Part shown: in pieces, positions 1-8,470 of the stretch
How positions within the stretch are numbered: the first letter of the stretch is position 1
Layout of the letters: each line of letters opens with the position of its first letter
NCBI GenBank assembly: GCA_020052615.1
Contig: JAGVOT010000038.1
Location: 43,028-107,027 of the forward strand
Direction of reading: 5' to 3'
DNA: 64,000 bases
Source of the DNA: Nitrospirota bacterium
GTDB taxonomy: Bacteria > Nitrospirota > UBA9217
Made by a program: the position numbers and the translations under genes
Notes under the pieces: model-generated
The model's input: only the letters and a program-made list of their open reading frames with translations
What the model was told of the DNA's origin: nothing
Databases searched by the model: none

Positions 1-296
1 ATGGCAATGATCTCCTGCGCCGGTTTCTTCGACAGGTTCGACAGGACGATCACCGTAATAGCTTCGCCGGGAGCAACCTGCTTGATCACGGCCGCGATCG
101 TTTCAGGCTTCTGCTCCTCGAAGAAATACGCGCGGGTCTTCTTTTCAAAGGTTTTCATGTCCTTCGACTGGCGCTCACTGATCTTCCGGACCAGCCGGTC
201 CAGCTCCTCAGGCTCGGAAAACCGTGCGCCATAAACAGCAGCGGGTACCAGCAGCAAAAAAACCATAAGTGCGGCAAGAACATTCCCTTTTCTCAT
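1..296 (-). CDS. hypothetical exported protein (5' part only; gene runs off the window start)
   Basis: Not in the ORF track because there is no stop in the window. ATG at 296-294 overlaps the TGA of the upstream RND gene (ATGA). My translation MRKGNVLAALMVFLLLVPAAVYGARFSEPEELDRLVRK... has a signal-peptide-like N-terminus. Confidence 0.45.
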   Translation of the reverse strand, partial: MRKGNVLAALMVFLLLVPAAVYGARFSEPEELDRLVRKISERQSKDMKTFEKKTRAYFFEEQKPETIAAVIKQVAPGEAITVIVLSNLSKKPAQEIIA

Positions 297-2596
297 TCCT
301 TAGCTCCTTCCTTGAATAGCCAGCCCTGTGTCAATGTAATAAGGGCGGGCAGATAGAGTATCGTCATCAACGCGCTCAAGAGCATCATGCTCACAATGAA
401 CGCGCCCACGGTGATATACGGCGTAAGCGGAGCGAACAGCATGACCGCGAAAGCGGCGGCAAAGAGGATCGCGTTCCGCATAATGCCCTTGCCCGGCCGC
501 GCGGCGGTCCAGAGCAGGGCGTCGGCCAGCGATTCTCCGGGTGCTTCCTTCATCCTCTGACGCAGCCTGCTCACAAAATGGATGGCGAAATCAACAGCCA
601 TGCCGAGCGAGAGGCAGCTCATGACCGAGATCGGCATATCGAAGTCCTTGCCGATGAACCCGACGACGCCGTAAATGAGAATGATCGTGAAGAGGAGCGG
701 GATGTAGCCGATCATCGCCCATTTGACCGAGCCGAAGTCATAGGCAAGGATCGCGAACACGGCGATCAGCGCCAGGATCAGGCCCTTCACCATGTCCCAG
801 AGAACTTCATGGTTCCAGACCAGGTTAAAGTAGGCGATGCCCGCGGGCTTGAACTGCATGGGAGCATTGTTTTCCTTCCGGTATTCCTCGACCGCCGCGA
901 TCACCGATTCCATCGCCTTTGCGTCCCAGGTCTTGAGCTGCACCCAGATATTGGCCTTGCGGAAAGGATAATCAACAACGTTGTCGAGGTCGGAGGGCTT
1001 TGCCGACATGGCAAAGAGGAACAGATATTGGCCGATCATCTCCTTGTTCTCGGGGACAGCGTCAAACTTCGGATCGTCGTTATGAAGCACGCGGTTGATG
1101 CGCTTCACGTAATCCACGACCGAAGTTGTCTTGCCCACGACCGGGAGATTTTCCAGGCGGCGCTGAAGTCCTTCGATGGAGCGCATGGCTTCCGGCGTCT
1201 TGATGTAATCGTCTTTATCGGATATCGCCACGATGTAGCCGAGAGACGTTCCGCCCAGGGCTTTGTTCATGACCGTGTCGGCCACGCGCACGTCGCTGCC
1301 CTTCTTGAACCATTCCACAAGGTTGTTGTTCACGACCGTCTTCGATATGCCGACGATGGCCACGACGACGAGCACAACGCCGACGAGAACCGTCGTGGCG
1401 GGTTTTTGTATGCCGAGCCCGGCAAGCTTTCTCAGGACCGACGACCCGCCCGCCTCGGAATCCTCCGACCGGGATATTTTCTCGATCTTCTCATTCTTCA
1501 CAAAGGTGAACATGGCCGGGATGAAGCTGAAGCTCAGGACCCGGAGAACGATGGTCCCGAACGCCACGAGCCCGCCGAAGACCTTGACGGGGATGATGTT
1601 CATGAACAGAAGCACGCCGAAACCGACCGCCGTTGCCAGGGCGGTATTGCGCACAGGCCTGCTGACGGCGTTCATGGTCGCGATGATCGCAGCGCGTTTG
1701 TCCTTCGTCTCGCGGTAGCGGAAGTAGAATTCATTGAAGATGTGCATGCTGTCCGTAGCGATGGCCATCATGAACACGGGGGCCATGGAGCTCATGATGT
1801 GGATCGGGAAGCCGAGTCCGATCAGGAGGCCCATGCTCCAGACAATGCTGATCATGGCATCCATCATGAGCGTCAGGGAAAGGAACAGGTCCTTGAACAT
1901 GAGGAACCGGACCAGCAGCATGACCATCCCGGCAATCGGCGCGAACACCGCCATGAGCTTGAACATGTCCGCTCCGAAGGTGTCCCGCGCCACGGGATCA
2001 CCGGCAACGTAATACTTCTCGTCGCCCTTCTCGGACTTGATGATCTCCCTGATCTTGTCTGCGATCTCTTTCCCGTTGCCGCCTTTTTCGAGCGGAACAT
2101 AGATCGCCGTGGTCTTGCCGTCCTTTGAGATGATGCGGTCGATGAAAAGCGGGTTTTCAAAGAGCGCCTTGCGCATGACAGCCATCTCTTTGTCGGTCTT
2201 CGGCACCGTGGTCATGAGCGGGCGCACGTTCAGCGTCTCATTCTCGACGGTCACGTTGTCGATGGTCGTGAAGCTCGATACGTCGCGGGCCGCAACCCCT
2301 TTGATCTTCACGATCTCGTCGGTGATCCGCTGTATCTTGCCGAGCGTTTCAGGATTCAGGATGCCCTTTTCGTTCTGGATGCCGAGAACGATCATATCCT
2401 CATAGAGGCCGAAGGTCTTTTCAACCTCGTCGTTCCCGACCCGGACAGCGGACGTGGGCGGCAGCATGTTCTTGGGATTGGTGTCGGTCCTCACTTTCGG
2501 GAACTGGGTCAGGAAAAGGACCGTGACAACGACCGACAGAACGACAATAAGCTTCGGGTGGTCGACCGAAAACTCGACCAGAGAAAATTTCTTCAT
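293..2596 (-). CDS. MMPL/RND-superfamily exporter (COG1033, HpnN-like)
   Basis: 767 aa. One N-terminal TM, a large soluble loop, then a multi-TM block (GADMFKLMAVFAPIAGMVMLLV, DSMHIFNEF). A second loop and second TM block follow, giving the duplicated MMPL layout. Confidence 0.8.
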   Translation of the reverse strand: MKKFSLVEFSVDHPKLIVVLSVVVTVLFLTQFPKVRTDTNPKNMLPPTSAVRVGNDEVEKTFGLYEDMIVLGIQNEKGILNPETLGKIQRITDEIVKIKGVAARDVSSFTTIDNVTVENETLNVRPLMTTVPKTDKEMAVMRKALFENPLFIDRIISKDGKTTAIYVPLEKGGNGKEIADKIREIIKSEKGDEKYYVAGDPVARDTFGADMFKLMAVFAPIAGMVMLLVRFLMFKDLFLSLTLMMDAMISIVWSMGLLIGLGFPIHIMSSMAPVFMMAIATDSMHIFNEFYFRYRETKDKRAAIIATMNAVSRPVRNTALATAVGFGVLLFMNIIPVKVFGGLVAFGTIVLRVLSFSFIPAMFTFVKNEKIEKISRSEDSEAGGSSVLRKLAGLGIQKPATTVLVGVVLVVVAIVGISKTVVNNNLVEWFKKGSDVRVADTVMNKALGGTSLGYIVAISDKDDYIKTPEAMRSIEGLQRRLENLPVVGKTTSVVDYVKRINRVLHNDDPKFDAVPENKEMIGQYLFLFAMSAKPSDLDNVVDYPFRKANIWVQLKTWDAKAMESVIAAVEEYRKENNAPMQFKPAGIAYFNLVWNHEVLWDMVKGLILALIAVFAILAYDFGSVKWAMIGYIPLLFTIILIYGVVGFIGKDFDMPISVMSCLSLGMAVDFAIHFVSRLRQRMKEAPGESLADALLWTAARPGKGIMRNAILFAAAFAVMLFAPLTPYITVGAFIVSMMLLSALMTILYLPALITLTQGWLFKEGAKE

Positions 2597-2668
2597 GCAT
2601 GCTCCTCCTTAGTCAAGGATATATTAATATATTAGACTTCTTGCATATGTCCGGCTAAATAAAAAAGG

Positions 2669-3091
2669 CTAAAACGTCAGGTTCATATCAGCCGGTATCA
2701 CGGTTTCCTTGTAATAGCGCGCGGGATCGGCCACCTTCACACCATCGATCAGATCACCCTTCTTGATGTCGAAGAGGGAAACATTCAGCGGGCAGGCGAG
2801 CACCGTCGCGCCCTCGGCGATCAGCATGAAGAACAGGTCTTCCACGCTCGGAAGTTCCATCTCCTCCATCTTTTTCATCACCGCCTCGCCCTCTTCCTTG
2901 GGCTGGTCGGGCAAACATTTGAGCGTCTTTACCTTTTCCTTGTGCACCGCGTTGATGCCCCGTGATCCGAAAAACATGGTGACCTTGGAGCCCTCGCGCA
3001 GCAGGCTCAACGCGGTCATGAGCGCGTTGTAGACCTGACAGAGCTCCTCGTGAAAACACATGATCGATACATTCTTGACTATCTTTGTCAT
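2669..3091 (-). CDS. DsrE/DsrF-like (COG2210-type) sulfur-relay family protein
   Basis: 140 aa. The VTMFFGSRGINAV and ATVLACPLNVSLFD segments look like the DsrE-like fold. Its ATG overlaps the arsR stop (ATGA at 3088-3091). Confidence 0.55.
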   Translation of the reverse strand: MTKIVKNVSIMCFHEELCQVYNALMTALSLLREGSKVTMFFGSRGINAVHKEKVKTLKCLPDQPKEEGEAVMKKMEEMELPSVEDLFFMLIAEGATVLACPLNVSLFDIKKGDLIDGVKVADPARYYKETVIPADMNLTF

Positions 3092-3426
3092 GATGATCGT
3101 CTCCTTTCTTTAACGCTCGCGGCCCGGGCCGTCTTTTCCATCATTCCGGTAATCGCTTCCTGCATAACGGCGCAGGCATGGGCGATCTTGTCATCCGAAA
3201 GGCTATAGTAGACATGCTTGCCATGCCTTCGCGTTCTCAGAACATTTTTCATCCGCATAAAGTTCAGCATCAGCGACGTATGGGCTTTCGTTATGCCGAT
3301 TTCCTTCTGGATATCGGACACGGTCTTCTCTCCTCCCCGAAGCAGGTCCAGGATCTCGATCCGCTTCGGGTTGGTAAAGGTCTTGCAGAATTCAGCGTGC
3401 AATTCGTAGAAATCTTCTTTTTTCAT
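3088..3426 (-). CDS. ArsR/SmtB-family transcriptional regulator
   Basis: Winged HTH NPKRIEILDLLRGGEKTVSDIQKEIGITKAHTSLMLNFMRMKNVLRTRRHGKHVYYSL. I moved the start to ATG 3426, which forms an ATGA overlap with the sqr stop. Two Cys residues (C14, C85) flank the DNA-binding core. Confidence 0.8.
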   Translation of the reverse strand: MKKEDFYELHAEFCKTFTNPKRIEILDLLRGGEKTVSDIQKEIGITKAHTSLMLNFMRMKNVLRTRRHGKHVYYSLSDDKIAHACAVMQEAITGMMEKTARAASVKERRRSS

Positions 3427-4613
3427 GGCAGATTGCTCACCCCGTTTTTCATCTTCCACAGGAAGTATTTTTCAAACCCGACCTTCATCCATCTCGCCCA
3501 TACGGCTTTCTTGGTATAGGAACTTTGCCTCGGCGGAAGGACCGGATAGGCCTTCATCAGGGCGGCAGTATTCCCCATGTCCATAAGGCAGACCACACCG
3601 AGTTCATCAGGTACGGGCGGCGTCTTCCCGGCAATATCCGACGCAATGGTCGCGGCGGCGGTCTTCGCCATCTTGACGGTCATGAACCCGGTCTTGGGCA
3701 CACCCGTCGGCACCGGCGTCACCTCGGGCGGCGCTATGGCTATCGCGACGCCGATCGCGAAAATATTCTGGTGTTTGGTGTGGCGATAGTTCCTGTCCAC
3801 GGGGATGAAGCCCCGCGGATTGCCCAGCGGCGCGACAGCGGGAACGCCCTTGAAGGGCGGCGCGATCATGGCGAGCCTGAACGGTACTTTATTGCCGTCC
3901 TTCAAGCGTATCTCTCCCGGCGCGACCTCCTGAATGGCCTGGCTCACCAGCGGCTTGATGTCCCGTTCGGCGAACTCATGCTCCATGAAGGTCTTTGAGG
4001 CGCCAAGTCCGCCTACGCCCATATGACCGAGATACGGTTCTGACGTGAGATAGAGAATGGGTACTTTGTGCCGCATCTTCCTGCGGCGGAGTTCCGCGTC
4101 CATCTCGAAGGCAAGCTCATAGGACGGACCGAAGCAGCTGACCATCTGCGATGAACCGAGGACGACAGGCCCGGGATTTTCGAGAACGCTCCGCCACGTC
4201 GCTCCGGTCTTTATGGCATGATCGAGGGTGAAGGTGCAGGCGGTATAGCCTTTATCCGGTCCGAGGCCGGGGACCTCGTCAAAGGCCAGATGCGGACCGG
4301 TTGATATGACGAGATGATCGTAGGGAAACGTTCTCCCCTTGGAGGTAATTACCTTCGATGAATCAGCATCGATCTGCTTCGCGGAATCGTGAACAAACTC
4401 GATCCCCTTCGGCTTCAGGATCTCGCCGATCGTGAGCGTAATGTCCTCCGGCCTCCGCCAGCCCATGATGAGCCAGGGCAGCGACGGCAGGAACACGAAC
4501 CGGTCATCGTCGCTCACCACGGTCACTGATGCTTTGTTCCCCAACAGCCGCTTAAGTTCAAAGGCTGCCGTCAATCCTCCGAACGATCCTCCCAAAACAA
4601 CGATCTTCGACAT
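3423..4613 (-). CDS. sqr: sulfide:quinone oxidoreductase (type I SQR-like flavoprotein)
   Basis: 396 aa. N-terminal FAD motif VVLGGSFGG. SQR-like blocks include FKGVPAVAPLGNPRGFIPVD, IAIAPPEVTPVPTGVPKTGFM and KVGFEKYFLWKMKNG. Three Cys sit at the expected SQR positions (YTACTF, VSCFGPSYE, VVCLMDMG). Confidence 0.85.
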   Translation of the reverse strand: MSKIVVLGGSFGGLTAAFELKRLLGNKASVTVVSDDDRFVFLPSLPWLIMGWRRPEDITLTIGEILKPKGIEFVHDSAKQIDADSSKVITSKGRTFPYDHLVISTGPHLAFDEVPGLGPDKGYTACTFTLDHAIKTGATWRSVLENPGPVVLGSSQMVSCFGPSYELAFEMDAELRRRKMRHKVPILYLTSEPYLGHMGVGGLGASKTFMEHEFAERDIKPLVSQAIQEVAPGEIRLKDGNKVPFRLAMIAPPFKGVPAVAPLGNPRGFIPVDRNYRHTKHQNIFAIGVAIAIAPPEVTPVPTGVPKTGFMTVKMAKTAAATIASDIAGKTPPVPDELGVVCLMDMGNTAALMKAYPVLPPRQSSYTKKAVWARWMKVGFEKYFLWKMKNGVSNLP

Positions 4614-4668
4614 ACTATCCTCCCCGGGATTTTATAGTCTTCGCGCGTCTGACTTCTCGTTGCCAACC

Positions 4669-4950
4669 TTAGAACATCCCGACGACCTTCTTGCCTCCCG
4701 TTATGAGATCTGTCAGCTTATCGAAGTCAATGGTCTTTGCCCTTGCATCCAGCTCCGAATCCTTGAGACCCCGCAGCCTCTTGTCGTCATCCAGGAGATA
4801 GACCTGCCCCGAAAAGCTCCCCAGTCTGTCCTTTTGAGCGAAATAAACACCATTCTGCAGCAGAACGAGATCGGCCCCGCCTTCCTTCGCAAGGGTTAAG
4901 CCAGTTGCTCCATCAGTGGTGTCAGGTGCGCTTTTTATCATCACGATCAT
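4669..4950 (-). CDS. DsrH/TusB-like protein
   Basis: 93 aa. Size, gene order after the DsrE/DsrF-like genes, and the segment ADLVLLQNGVYFA are typical of DsrH/TusB. Confidence 0.6.
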   Translation of the reverse strand: MIVMIKSAPDTTDGATGLTLAKEGGADLVLLQNGVYFAQKDRLGSFSGQVYLLDDDKRLRGLKDSELDARAKTIDFDKLTDLITGGKKVVGMF

Positions 4951-4961
4951 GGCAGCCTCCT

Positions 4962-5321
4962 TCAGAATAGCATTGTCGATCTTGCTTCTTTCACCAGACC
5001 TGCAATCACCTGTGCGCTGACCGATTTTACGCCCTCTACCATGTCACCTCGGTCCAAACGCTGCGCTTTCAAAGAATCGTCGTCGGCATACACCGACACA
5101 CCCATATCCAGGCAATCCTTGAGGGTGGCCTCAAGATTCGTGAACCCGGTCCCTGTGTCGTCCTGCCCCTTTTTCGCAAGCAGCACCCCGCCGTCCACCA
5201 GGATCAGGTCAACGCTCATTTCGAATGACACCGCGCCGAGCGCATGCCGTACCGCTTCGGCTGCGTTGATATCGCCGTAAGGAGACCTCTTTAAGATCAT
5301 CGCAACAGTGGCCATATTCAC
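4962..5321 (-). CDS. DsrF/TusC-like protein
   Basis: 119 aa. KRSPYGDINAAEAVRHALG...DLILVDGGVLLA matches the DsrE/F-family fold. It lies between the DsrE-like and DsrH-like genes. Confidence 0.65.
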   Translation of the reverse strand: MNMATVAMILKRSPYGDINAAEAVRHALGAVSFEMSVDLILVDGGVLLAKKGQDDTGTGFTNLEATLKDCLDMGVSVYADDDSLKAQRLDRGDMVEGVKSVSAQVIAGLVKEARSTMLF

Positions 5322-5356
5322 CTCCCATAAAGTTCATTCCGCAATCCGCAATTCCC

Positions 5357-5713
5357 TCAGGCCCCGAGATTGAGCCAGATATCGGTCTTGCCCATGGTGG
5401 CAAATAGTCCTTTGAGAGAACCGACCTCGGTGTTTGCAAGGTAATCGTCTTTCGCAGCACGGCGAAAGTTGAGGCAGCCGCCTCAGAGATACACCTTCAG
5501 ACCTTTTTGGATCAGCCTCGCGAACTCTTCCTCGCCGTTCAGGATGCCCTTTGCCTTTTGCTTGGTGAGAAAGCAATAGACGCCGTCCGCCGATGCAATG
5601 AGGTTGACGGTGTGACCCTTGTTCAAGGCCGATTCGGCAATGCGGGCGCTCGTCAGGGTGTTCTCGTAGGAGTAAGGCGACGTGGACAGATAGAGAGTGA
5701 TCGTTTTCGACAT
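5357..5713 (-). CDS. DsrE/TusD-like protein, probable selenoprotein (in-frame TGA at 5483-5485 read as Sec77)
   Basis: The track ORF 5483..5713 stops after 76 aa (..KGLKVYL). The same frame stays open for 41 more codons (GGCLNFRRAAKDDYLANTEVGSLKGLFATMGKTDIWLNLGA) to TGA 5357-5359. The total of 118 aa is the normal DsrE/TusD size. The TGA sits where this family has its catalytic Cys, ahead of an RR motif. Confidence 0.65.
5449..5468 (-). promoter_or_regulatory. candidate bacterial SECIS hairpin
   Basis: On the mRNA, 14 nt after the UGA: CUUUCGC-CGUGCU-GCGAAAG. This is a perfect 7-bp stem with a 6-nt loop containing GU. Confidence 0.45.
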
Positions 5714-5846
5714 GGCAACCTCCTTTTTATAGATCGCTATCGCTTATAAGTGCCGTCTTCAGGCTTGCATCAGTATTTTTTTTCATAGTGAAAGGGTGGG
5801 CTCCCGCAGAAGATTTTAAATGGATCAATGCAACTGCCAGGATCAA

Positions 5847-6188
5847 TCAGTGTCGTCTTTCGCCTGGATAGGTTCCTTTTTTCGTCACCGGACAGCATGC
5901 CGGCGCGGGGACATCCTCTTCGTATTCTTTTTTCAACAACTGAAGCAGGTCGGGGATGAGAGGTTCTTTGAGGAAATAACACTTGAGCCTGCCGTCGACG
6001 AAGAAATCGACGATGCCGTTCGTCCGAAGCAAGGTCAGGTGTTGGGAGATATTGGGTTGGCTTATATCGAGGGAATCTTCGAAATCGCTCACGCACTTGA
6101 CGCCCTGAGTGAGTTCCTCAAGGATTTTGATTCGGACGGGATGGGCAATGACTTTGAGGAGATCGATTCTTTTCTCAATGGGAATCAT
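5847..6188 (-). CDS. ArsR/SmtB-family transcriptional regulator
   Basis: LKVIAHPVRIKILEELTQGVKCVSDFEDSLDISQPNISQHLTLLRTNGIV is a canonical ArsR wHTH. The tail is Cys-rich (PACCPV). Start set at ATG 6188 (MIPIEKR) rather than the GTG at 6236. Confidence 0.8.
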   Translation of the reverse strand: MIPIEKRIDLLKVIAHPVRIKILEELTQGVKCVSDFEDSLDISQPNISQHLTLLRTNGIVDFFVDGRLKCYFLKEPLIPDLLQLLKKEYEEDVPAPACCPVTKKGTYPGERRH

Positions 6189-6241
6189 TTTGTCGGTTTC
6201 TCCTTTTAAACACGGCAGTAGACACCAAGAATACACTCTAT

Positions 6242-6279
6242 TGCATAAACATATTCAGATATTATTATGTTTTAATGCA
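6242..6279. promoter_or_regulatory. imperfect inverted repeat, candidate ArsR operator
   Basis: TGCATAAACATA (6242-6253) faces TATGTTTTAATGCA (6266-6279) in an AT-rich stretch just upstream of the arsR start. Confidence 0.35.
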
Positions 6280-6342
6280 TATGTCAAGAATTATTTTCCG
6301 CTCCCTCCCCCATCTTCTTAAGACCCTTTTCAAGGCGTTTGT

Positions 6343-6376
6343 AATAAGAAAAAGCTGATTCCTTATTGGAATCAGC
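6343..6376 (-). terminator. intrinsic terminator candidate
   Basis: Perfect 9-bp hairpin GCUGAUUCC-N5-GGAAUCAGC (6354-6376), followed on the minus strand by UUUUUCUUAUU. It lies downstream of the TauE-like gene. Confidence 0.5.
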
Positions 6377-6534
6377 CGAGGATGGCGAAAGCTACGCTGA
6401 ACAGGGCATTATATCAGCATCGAAGATATCCACTGATTAGCTCTGTATGCCATTTGCGTTCACTTCCTGAAGTCGATAGAGCTTGTTCAGAAGACTACTT
6501 TGGGCTAATACCGTCTTCGTACGACATTAGTGCA

Positions 6535-7509
6535 TCAATAAAAATACTGCACAATATACTTTATCGCGAGAAACATGATCGCGCTGCCCACGAAGACCTT
6601 GATGAACTTCTGCGGCATATATTTCTGCGTCTTCGCGCCAAGATACATGCCTATGAATCCACCCACGCCGAACAATATCCCCAGGGGCCAGTCCGGCATG
6701 GGGGAAGCGCCGTTCGTTGCCGGCAGTATGCTGAAGAAGAGCGCCCCGGCGACCGACGTAATGAACGTCCCCATGAGCGTCGCGCCCGCTATGGTGTAGA
6801 TGGGCAGGTTGAAGAAGGCAACACAGAACGGCGCGATGATCGCGCCGCCGCCGATGCCGTATGCCCCGCCGATGATGCCGACAATGAACGCCAGGCTGAA
6901 CATGCCGATGGTGTGGAAGCTGAACCGCTCGCCCCAGAACTCGTATTCTACCAGTTTCATCGAGACGCTGATGGTTTTCACGACCGCGTCAGTGGGAATG
7001 CCCGCTGCCATCTTCGAGCTTTGGTCCTTCCTGATCTCTGCAGTCCTGGCCTTGAACTTCTCTTCCAGCGATTTAGCCGCAGCGGACTGCGCCTTGTTCG
7101 GAAACAGCAGCTCCTTGAACAACCGGAATCCGATGTAGAACAGCACGCAGCCGACGAAGAGTTTGAACATTTTCGGACCGGGAAGATACAGGACCCGGAG
7201 GTAATATCCGATGAACACGCCCGGCAGGGTCCCCGCGATGACCACCCAGGTCAGAGGCCAGGCCATACGGCCTTCTTTCACGTACCGGTACACGCCGCTC
7301 GGGATCGCCACGATGTTGAAGACGTGGTTCGTGCCGCTCACGGATGGGGCCGTATAGTTCAGCACGCTCATCTGGAACGGCAGGAGCAGGAAAGCGCCAG
7401 ATATGCCGCCCATGGAGGTAAAGAAGGAAATAACGAGGGAGATCAGCGGAGGGAGAAGGACATTCGTGGTGACGCCGGATATGGGAAAGGTCATGTTGAA
7501 TATATCCAT
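6535..7509 (-). CDS. TauE/SafE-family (DUF81) sulfite/organosulfonate exporter-like membrane protein
   Basis: 324 aa and polytopic. It has two halves with Gly-rich helices (FFTSMGGISGAFLLLP and IIGGAYGIGGGAIIAP) separated by a charged loop. Confidence 0.75.
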   Translation of the reverse strand: MDIFNMTFPISGVTTNVLLPPLISLVISFFTSMGGISGAFLLLPFQMSVLNYTAPSVSGTNHVFNIVAIPSGVYRYVKEGRMAWPLTWVVIAGTLPGVFIGYYLRVLYLPGPKMFKLFVGCVLFYIGFRLFKELLFPNKAQSAAAKSLEEKFKARTAEIRKDQSSKMAAGIPTDAVVKTISVSMKLVEYEFWGERFSFHTIGMFSLAFIVGIIGGAYGIGGGAIIAPFCVAFFNLPIYTIAGATLMGTFITSVAGALFFSILPATNGASPMPDWPLGILFGVGGFIGMYLGAKTQKYMPQKFIKVFVGSAIMFLAIKYIVQYFY

Positions 7510-7606
7510 TCAATTGCCTCCGCTATGAATAAAAAGCCCGACTCTTTATAAAGAGTCGGGCTGCATTATATTCCTGACCTGCTTCCGTGTCAATCAGACG
7601 GATTTT

Positions 7607-8377
7607 TTACGGTTTCGGCAAGCGCAGCACCATGCCTTCGCCGAACGTGATGTCGTCGATGTGGCCCGATGCCTTGCTCGTTTTCGAAACAAGGTGGAGG
7701 TGGATATAGTTCTCCATGCCCGACCCTTCCTTGATCGCGGGAGCATACTGGGAAAGGAAGATGCCGGAATGCTTCTCTGAGTAGAAGCCGATGATGTCGA
7801 CCGGCTCGTTCTTCGTCACATAGGGCTCTTTCGATTTCACGAACAGCTCCTTGGTGATCGTCTTGCCTTCCGTGCGGTCCACGTTGATATGCCACTTGAT
7901 CTCCAGCGGCGTTCCGGCCATCAGGTACGGAAACGGCTTGGTCACGTCAACCCCGATCTTCTGCGCCTGCTCCCTGATAAACTTCTGCAGGTCCACATAG
8001 CCTTTTACCGACGCGGGCAGCGGAACATCGACCCAGTTTGCCTGTTCCGTCCAGACAAGGAAGATCGCCCCGTGCTTGAGCGTCTTGTCCACGGTATAGT
8101 CATTGCCCCGCACCTTGGTGATGTACGGCTTTGAATCGAAAATGGTGATCTCGCCGTCGAGACCGTCGATCGGGCCGATGGCAAAGACCCCCTTCTTTCC
8201 CGCAAGATCCTCCAGGTTCACGACGCTCGCGGCCTTGCCGGTCTTGAAGATCTCCTTCTGCGCGCCCACATATTCCACCGCGCCTTCCTTCTTCGCTCCC
8301 ACGATGGCGGCGTAGGCAATCGCCCCCATCAGCAGCACGATCGCTGCCGTTAATGACAATCGTATAGTTCGTTTCAT
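7607..8377 (-). CDS. exported alpha-acetolactate decarboxylase-fold protein
   Basis: FAIGPIDGLDGEITIFDSKPYITKV resembles the ALDC GxLDGE motif. Signal peptide MKRTIRLSLTAAIVLLMGAIAYA. Start set at ATG 8377, which has a GGAGGA 9 nt upstream. Confidence 0.45.
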   Translation of the reverse strand: MKRTIRLSLTAAIVLLMGAIAYAAIVGAKKEGAVEYVGAQKEIFKTGKAASVVNLEDLAGKKGVFAIGPIDGLDGEITIFDSKPYITKVRGNDYTVDKTLKHGAIFLVWTEQANWVDVPLPASVKGYVDLQKFIREQAQKIGVDVTKPFPYLMAGTPLEIKWHINVDRTEGKTITKELFVKSKEPYVTKNEPVDIIGFYSEKHSGIFLSQYAPAIKEGSGMENYIHLHLVSKTSKASGHIDDITFGEGMVLRLPKP

Positions 8378-8470
8378 GTTCTTCATTCCTCCATTGATAT
8401 AATGCGCAGTGCGCCTGCGTGCGCGGCCGAAAGGCCGCATTCCGGCGATCAATACTGGCTTGTTTGAAAA

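Noticed and set aside
578-2128. Very long antisense or out-of-frame ORFs in the track. Examples: 578..2128+, 6382..7551+, 30605..31591+, 32679..33707+, 34346..35098+, 35037..36041+, 56465..57547+, 60831..61667+, 61800..62684+, 26818..27579-.
   Set aside because: Each lies opposite, or out of frame with, a gene that has clear family motifs. Their translations are Arg/His/Asp/Pro-rich and low in complexity. That is the usual by-product of high GC3 coding on the other strand. None has a recognisable domain or RBS.
5209-5576. ORFs 5209..5460 and 5334..5576 as the genes filling the gap after the 76-aa DsrE-like ORF.
   Set aside because: They are out of frame with the DsrE-like reading frame and have Arg/Pro/Ser-rich composition. 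The in-frame read-through of TGA 5483-5485 gives a sensible DsrE/TusD C-terminal half instead.
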